Below, one piece after another: positions 58,996 through 64,000 of a stretch of 64,000 nucleotides of DNA (positions are counted from its first letter, which is position 1; every line of letters begins with the position of its first letter). Position numbers and translations under genes: made by a program. The stretch comes from a virus. Taxonomy: Duplodnaviria > Caudoviricetes. Location: the IMG/VR virus record IMGVR_UViG_2872355237_000003; one strand, written 5' to 3'. The notes beneath the pieces are model-generated. The model was not told the origin of the DNA, made no database searches, and was given only the letters and a program-made list of their open reading frames with translations.

Positions 58996-60180
58996 TTATT
59001 GAGTGTCAGCTATCACATCAACATAAAAATAGCCCCCACCTTCGGATAGAATATCTACGTCCCCTTGAACGTAAAAAGGTATTGTTTGATTAGGCATTAA
59101 TACCATATCAGTTAAATCTATAATGTCACTCATTTTACTAAAACTATCAGTTATATATCTTCCTATTCTAATATCTGTACCATTTTTTATATAATTTTTA
59201 TCTAATTTTAATTTTATATTAGTCAATATATTATCACTATTATTTTTTATATATGCAATTACTTTTTTACTTTTTTGTCCTGCTTGTACTTTTCCTAAAT
59301 ACAAGTCTTTTACTATATTTTTATCATCATTATAATTATTACTATCGTCACATAAATAATTTAAATTCTCATCTAAAAACATTAGTCCATTAAATTGTCC
59401 AACAAAATGCTTAATCAAAGGTTCTGAAACGTCTCCATATTCATCTACTACAGTAATTATAATAGTATTATTGGAAGTATTAAAATCATTTGGATTAACA
59501 TTAATTTTTTCACTATCTAAAACTTGATTATAAAAGTAAGGTACTTGTAAATAATCACTAAATTCTTGACCATTGCTAGGCAAAATCGTATTATCATTTA
59601 ATTTAATATTTATCTTAACCCTATCTTTCTCTTTATCATTAACAGTTATATTCAATCTGTTATTGATGATATCGCCAACAAGTACATATGGTTTTGTATT
59701 AATTAAAGTTAATCTTTGTTTAAAATCTTTTATTATTTTATTATTCTCTGATGTATCCATAAGTTGTATTTTTACAAATCCATCAACCACATTATTAAAA
59801 TAACCACTATCTATTGTTACTTCATCGGTTATATCTTCATATGTTAATATATTAGATTCTTTTAGCTTTATATCATTAAAAAAAACTATATATTTAATTG
59901 GATTATAATACTCTCCGCTTATTTGAAGTAGATTTTCTTTTATATTATCTTTTTCTTCTTCTTTTATATCTGTAGGTATACCAATCCAATTATCCATATT
60001 TATATCCCACAATGATTCATAACTATTATCAAATTCCTTAAAGTCATTTATATTAAATTGCTTTACAGCATTACTTTCTTTTATTTTTGAAATACTAAAT
60101 GAGTATTTATACGGTTCATCTCTTTTAACAATTGTATCAGTTACAATAGATTTAATTGTACCACCTATGTATTGCCCCAT
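58996..60180 (-). CDS. putative virion structural protein
   Basis: 394-aa ORF inside the tail operon. Confidence 0.55.
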   Translation of the reverse strand: MGQYIGGTIKSIVTDTIVKRDEPYKYSFSISKIKESNAVKQFNINDFKEFDNSYESLWDINMDNWIGIPTDIKEEEKDNIKENLLQISGEYYNPIKYIVFFNDIKLKESNILTYEDITDEVTIDSGYFNNVVDGFVKIQLMDTSENNKIIKDFKQRLTLINTKPYVLVGDIINNRLNITVNDKEKDRVKINIKLNDNTILPSNGQEFSDYLQVPYFYNQVLDSEKINVNPNDFNTSNNTIIITVVDEYGDVSEPLIKHFVGQFNGLMFLDENLNYLCDDSNNYNDDKNIVKDLYLGKVQAGQKSKKVIAYIKNNSDNILTNIKLKLDKNYIKNGTDIRIGRYITDSFSKMSDIIDLTDMVLMPNQTIPFYVQGDVDILSEGGGYFYVDVIADTQ

Positions 60181-60810
60181 TTATCTCACCACCCATTGTA
60201 ACTCTCCACCTATATTAGATTTCATATTACAAGGATAGTTATATTCAATTAATCTATCTTTTCTAATTACTACTTCACAATTTTGAAAGTCTTGATTTGG
60301 TACAATTTTAATTTGCAATAACGGCAATTCATTTTTTTGTATTGAGTATATTGCTTTCACACTAAACTCTATATTACCTATATATAATTTAGACTTCCAA
60401 CCAATGTTATAGCTATCTATATTACCATTCATTGAACCACATGATTCTCCTGTCAATGGATTAAAATAAGCCGTTCTTCTTTTAAATTGAATAATATCAT
60501 TGTATTTTACGCCTAACATATTAGTTAAGCTATATAGTTGATTGTTATATTTAAAAAAGATTTCATATATACTATTGTTTATATTAAAGATACCATCATA
60601 TACATTAAAATAAACTCTTAATCCACTACCTATATATCCGTATCTTAGTAATTTACTTTTGTCTATACTATAAAAATCTGTTGTTCTTGGAGTATATTGT
60701 GGGTTATATTCAGTTAACAATTCACCATTATCGTATTCCGCTATCCACATAAAATCATATATAAAATTACTTGGTGTACTATCATTTATATTTTCAATCA
60801 TATTTATCAT
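60181..60810 (-). CDS. hypothetical protein (tail operon)
   Basis: 209-aa ORF abutting the next gene. Confidence 0.6.
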   Translation of the reverse strand: MINMIENINDSTPSNFIYDFMWIAEYDNGELLTEYNPQYTPRTTDFYSIDKSKLLRYGYIGSGLRVYFNVYDGIFNINNSIYEIFFKYNNQLYSLTNMLGVKYNDIIQFKRRTAYFNPLTGESCGSMNGNIDSYNIGWKSKLYIGNIEFSVKAIYSIQKNELPLLQIKIVPNQDFQNCEVVIRKDRLIEYNYPCNMKSNIGGELQWVVR

Positions 60811-60846
60811 AATTTCAAATCTCCTTCACATTGTATTGCAAAAGAA

Positions 60847-60872
60847 AAAGAGACTAAATAGATAGTCTCTTT
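60847..60872 (-). terminator. terminator-like hairpin
   Basis: AAAGAGACTA aataga TAGTCTCTTT. Confidence 0.55.
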
Positions 60873-60920
60873 AATACTTTTGTATGTAATTTTTAATTGT
60901 ATTTTATAACAGTCTTATTA

Positions 60921-61691
60921 TTAGTTATGATCATAAGTTACGCATAACAAGTATTTAATCTTATCAGACTTAGCATCTATAGGAATATTAATTCTTAATT
61001 TAAATTTGCACATATTAGCACCTATAGAAGCAAAAGTAGTAGCATCTAATCCATTACCTTCATTAGCTAGTCCTAAAAGACAATTATGTAACACAGTTTT
61101 ATTATCAGCTAAAGTATAGTCACCATTAGTAACTGCTTGATCACCTGATTTATCATAAATAGTTCCACTTAAAGATTCACCTGTTTTTACTACCGTCTTG
61201 CCATTAGCACCTATTTTTTCAGCTTTAAATAACCAAGGCTTACTATCTATACTAATAGGATTTTTAGCACCTAAGTCTCTCCAATCATTGCTGTTAGTTG
61301 GTGGATAAGTTATGCCTTGATATTCCACCCAATTATCTTTAACTAACTTAGGTGTCCCTTTTTTGATTACATTTCCATGCTCATCTGTAACTTCAACAGT
61401 ATTATTTGAACCGTATTGATCAGCTACATATATCAAACAATCGGTCATTGGTGCTACATGCTTTTTACCATTAACAGGCTGTTCGTCTGAACCTTTTGTT
61501 ATACCTACATTGGGTACATTATTAAAAATTGCAAAGCTAGTTTCAGTTATTTGTTTACTTGTTTCACCTGCATTAACCCTACTAAAATTCCATCCTTCCT
61601 CTGATATATCTTTATATTTTTTTGTATCCTCCTTAGTTTGAATCGCCCATCCAACGATAGGAGCTTCTAAAGAAACACTTCCTTTTGCCAT
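60921..61691 (-). CDS. putative virion structural protein
   Basis: 256 aa, Gly/Thr/Asn-rich, strong RBS GGAGG. Confidence 0.55.
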   Translation of the reverse strand: MAKGSVSLEAPIVGWAIQTKEDTKKYKDISEEGWNFSRVNAGETSKQITETSFAIFNNVPNVGITKGSDEQPVNGKKHVAPMTDCLIYVADQYGSNNTVEVTDEHGNVIKKGTPKLVKDNWVEYQGITYPPTNSNDWRDLGAKNPISIDSKPWLFKAEKIGANGKTVVKTGESLSGTIYDKSGDQAVTNGDYTLADNKTVLHNCLLGLANEGNGLDATTFASIGANMCKFKLRINIPIDAKSDKIKYLLCVTYDHN

Positions 61692-61734
61692 ATTATTATT
61701 CCTCCTTCAATTACCTTTTTTATTTTTAATTTAT

Positions 61735-63060
61735 TTATACTTCATAATCAATTTGAATTGTTACATTTTTTAATCCTTCAGCTTTTCTAGTACAAATTAA
61801 TCTAAATACATCATTTCTATCAATATTGTAATTTAATATATTAGGACTTTGAGAAATCCTTGAATATCCTAAGAATTTTAATCTATTATATTTATCAGTA
61901 ATTTCTTTCCATTGAGAGTAGTCATTTAAGTTTTGAAATGATGATTTTATTATTGAAAACTCCGCCCATTCACCTGAAATACAGGGTTCTTGTGCAATAC
62001 CTGTAATTCTAACTATTTTTCCTTCACATGGAGCTTGTAGCATATATCCCACATCTCCTGTTGTAACTTCATTAGGAACTGTAAATGTAATGGATTTAGT
62101 TTTTAATAACCATGATATTTCATCTTTTAAGTCATCACCACGCAGGTTTTTCTCTGCACCTTCTTGCACATTATCCATTTTCCACTTATCTTCTTTAGAC
62201 ATTAATCCTTTCATTTGTGGAGTTGCTAAAGGTACAGCACCTACTATATTACCTTGTTTTATCCAAGCTGAGCCATTAAACCTAATAACATCTCCATTAT
62301 CATCACATATAGTTGTCCATCCTAACTCTGGAAACGGATATTTTTCATCTATATGTAAAAATGAAGTTATACTTGGCTTCCATATAACTTTAGCTTTTTC
62401 TGTCCAATCTTTGCTTTCTTGAGTGGTTTCTTCACACTTTTTAGTCTGTTCATTACATCTGATAATACATTCTGTTATTGTTTTAATTTTTACATTAGCT
62501 AATTTAATCCATTCATCAATGTAATGCTCATACTCGTCTGTCTTTTTCTTTAGAAACTCTGTAAAATTATCAACTTTATCATTTATTTCTTTGGTTTTAT
62601 CCTTTACTAATTGAGTAAACTTAGCAAATTTTTCATTTAGCAATCTTTCTTTTTCAAATATAAAGTCTATCAGTTCTTGTAAATTGTCTACCAACCAAGG
62701 ATTGGGATTATGAACCCATATACGTTCAGCAGGGAATTGTAAAACTCCTCTGCCTTTGTATTCAATTTTAACAGTCTTACCTTCCTCAGTTGGATTAAAA
62801 TACACTACTCCATTATCATATTCTACATAGAATTGATTACTTTTAATTTCTCGTGTTTTATAGTAAGTATTTTCATCTATCTCGACATAATCTTCAATTC
62901 TAACATGATATAATGGGTCTGGTATCTCGTCTAAGTTTAATTTGTTATTGATTATTTTTTCTTGTGTAACTTTTAATATGTATGGATCACTTACTTTACC
63001 ACTTCTAAGTAAATGTCTAATGGTATCAAAATACTTTAACCTAATCAAAGAATCATTCAC
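61735..63060 (-). CDS. putative tail fibre / baseplate-associated protein
   Basis: FYVEY..GVV.FN N-domain, coiled coil, and ATPQMKGLMSKEDK.K.D motif common in tail fibres. Confidence 0.6.
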   Translation of the reverse strand: MNDSLIRLKYFDTIRHLLRSGKVSDPYILKVTQEKIINNKLNLDEIPDPLYHVRIEDYVEIDENTYYKTREIKSNQFYVEYDNGVVYFNPTEEGKTVKIEYKGRGVLQFPAERIWVHNPNPWLVDNLQELIDFIFEKERLLNEKFAKFTQLVKDKTKEINDKVDNFTEFLKKKTDEYEHYIDEWIKLANVKIKTITECIIRCNEQTKKCEETTQESKDWTEKAKVIWKPSITSFLHIDEKYPFPELGWTTICDDNGDVIRFNGSAWIKQGNIVGAVPLATPQMKGLMSKEDKWKMDNVQEGAEKNLRGDDLKDEISWLLKTKSITFTVPNEVTTGDVGYMLQAPCEGKIVRITGIAQEPCISGEWAEFSIIKSSFQNLNDYSQWKEITDKYNRLKFLGYSRISQSPNILNYNIDRNDVFRLICTRKAEGLKNVTIQIDYEV

Positions 63061-63084
63061 CTCCTTTGATAATTTTTAATTAAT

Positions 63085-63267
63085 TTATTTATTAGTTGTT
63101 TTATTATCATTAGTCATATCAATATTTTCGATTGGTGAATTAAAACAATCTATTATTTCATTCATTGCTTGTATCTCTTTTAATCCTTTTAATTCAACTC
63201 TATCTAAAAATAACATTAAATTGTGTGCTACATTTTCATTAATTTCATATTTTTTCATAACAAACAT
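63085..63267 (-). CDS. small hypothetical protein
   Basis: 60-aa ORF with RBS AAGGAG. Confidence 0.55.
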   Translation of the reverse strand: MFVMKKYEINENVAHNLMLFLDRVELKGLKEIQAMNEIIDCFNSPIENIDMTNDNKTTNK

Positions 63268-63319
63268 CTCCTTTTTATATCTCGTGTATATCTCAACACA
63301 AGTCTTTATTTTATTAAAA

Positions 63320-63682
63320 TTATTTACTTACGAACAAATTATCACTTCCACTTACAATTTTACCTTCAAGGTCATCGCCTGATACTGAACATCCAACATA
63401 TGCAATTCCTTTACCTTTTTCAAACATAATAAAGCTTCCTTGTTTGATTATCGCTGTTGTTTCTAAAGAATCATAATGTTCTGAATGAGGATAGTGCTTA
63501 TGTATCTTTACGATATCCCCTACTCTAGCTATAGGTTTTCCCTTTTCAAATATAATAGAACTACCGCTCACTATTTCACCTGTAAAAGTTCCTGACTCAC
63601 TCCTTGTCTTTTTATTTCGTCTATATTCACCATAACAAACCCCCTCTACCTTATCTCCAACCCTTGCTATTGCTTTACTCAT
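63320..63682 (-). CDS. PAAR-like tail spike tip protein
   Basis: Three PAAR-like repeats (AIARVGD, PIARVGD, GIAYVG), I.SGS motifs and clustered His/Cys. Confidence 0.8.
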   Translation of the reverse strand: MSKAIARVGDKVEGVCYGEYRRNKKTRSESGTFTGEIVSGSSIIFEKGKPIARVGDIVKIHKHYPHSEHYDSLETTAIIKQGSFIMFEKGKGIAYVGCSVSGDDLEGKIVSGSDNLFVSK

Positions 63683-63740
63683 AATTAATCACCTCTTTCA
63701 TAAGACTCTATTTTTAAAAATAAAAAAACACCTAATATAT

Positions 63741-63998
63741 TTAAATACTAGGAGTTCGTATCGCATCGTCTTCCTCTTTGTCTTGTATATAATTTTCATA
63801 ATTATATATACACTCATTACATTTTTCTAATTTTTCGATATTCAACATTTTACCGAGTCTAATACCTATTTCACTTATTTCATCTTCGCTTATTTCATTT
63901 TCTTTAACTTGTCCAAAAAGACTACTTATATGAACAAAACGAGCATCCTTTAGCATTAAGATTCTATTCCATGGCTGACCGTTTGGTCTTACTACAGG
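63741..63998 (-). CDS. hypothetical protein, 5' end outside window
   Basis: The frame of ORF 63741..63956 stays open to the window edge (PVVRPNGQPWNRILM...). Confidence 0.5.
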   Translation of the reverse strand, partial: PVVRPNGQPWNRILMLKDARFVHISSLFGQVKENEISEDEISEIGIRLGKMLNIEKLEKCNECIYNYENYIQDKEEDDAIRTPSI

Positions 63999-64000
63999 GA

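Noticed and set aside
52-63429. Many short ORFs antisense to or nested in long genes (e.g. 52..291, 1057..1332, 5653..5943, 29583..30020, 40289..40603, 43435..43701, 54157..54447, 62090..62422)
   Set aside because: They are shadows of well-supported genes on the opposite strand or frame, with no RBS or recognisable motifs.
1-64000. CRISPR array, tRNA or rRNA
   Set aside because: No regularly spaced direct repeats or cloverleaf/rRNA-like sequence was seen. The Cas4-like nuclease sits in a replication operon without other cas genes.

Overview
AT-rich 64-kb segment of a large Clostridium botulinum group III toxin-converting bacteriophage (c-st/d-phage-like). From 1 to about 43,200, mostly on the + strand, are DNA replication genes (DnaB-like helicase, primase, PD-(D/E)XK nuclease, DnaE, RecD2), nucleotide-metabolism genes (NrdH-NrdG-NrdD-ferredoxin:thioredoxin reductase, dUTPase, HD hydrolase, PQ-loop transporter, deoxyribosyltransferase, thymidine kinase, 5'-nucleotidase), a type II topoisomerase pair, RusA, two HNH endonucleases and a methyltransferase/EVE-nuclease pair. 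Inserted among them is a complete ha-type botulinum neurotoxin cluster (botR, ha70, ha17, ha33, ntnh and a 1280-aa C/D mosaic bont). From about 43,260 to 64,000, mostly on the - strand, are tail/baseplate genes (PAAR, DNRLRE, LamG and GLUG adhesin-like genes), an endolysin, an XhlA/holin-like gene, two tyrosine recombinases and an IS200/IS605 element (tnpA+tnpB) that splits a membrane-protein gene. The main unexplained signals are: a dispersed intergenic palindrome ATAAAA-N6-TTTTAT with a freely varying spacer that brackets accessory modules; a TnpI/IRS-like inverted-repeat site next to one recombinase; an apparently self-contained electron chain for a redoxin-type class III ribonucleotide reductase; and an array of five modular adhesin genes. 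All calls come from motif recognition by eye; no database searches were run.
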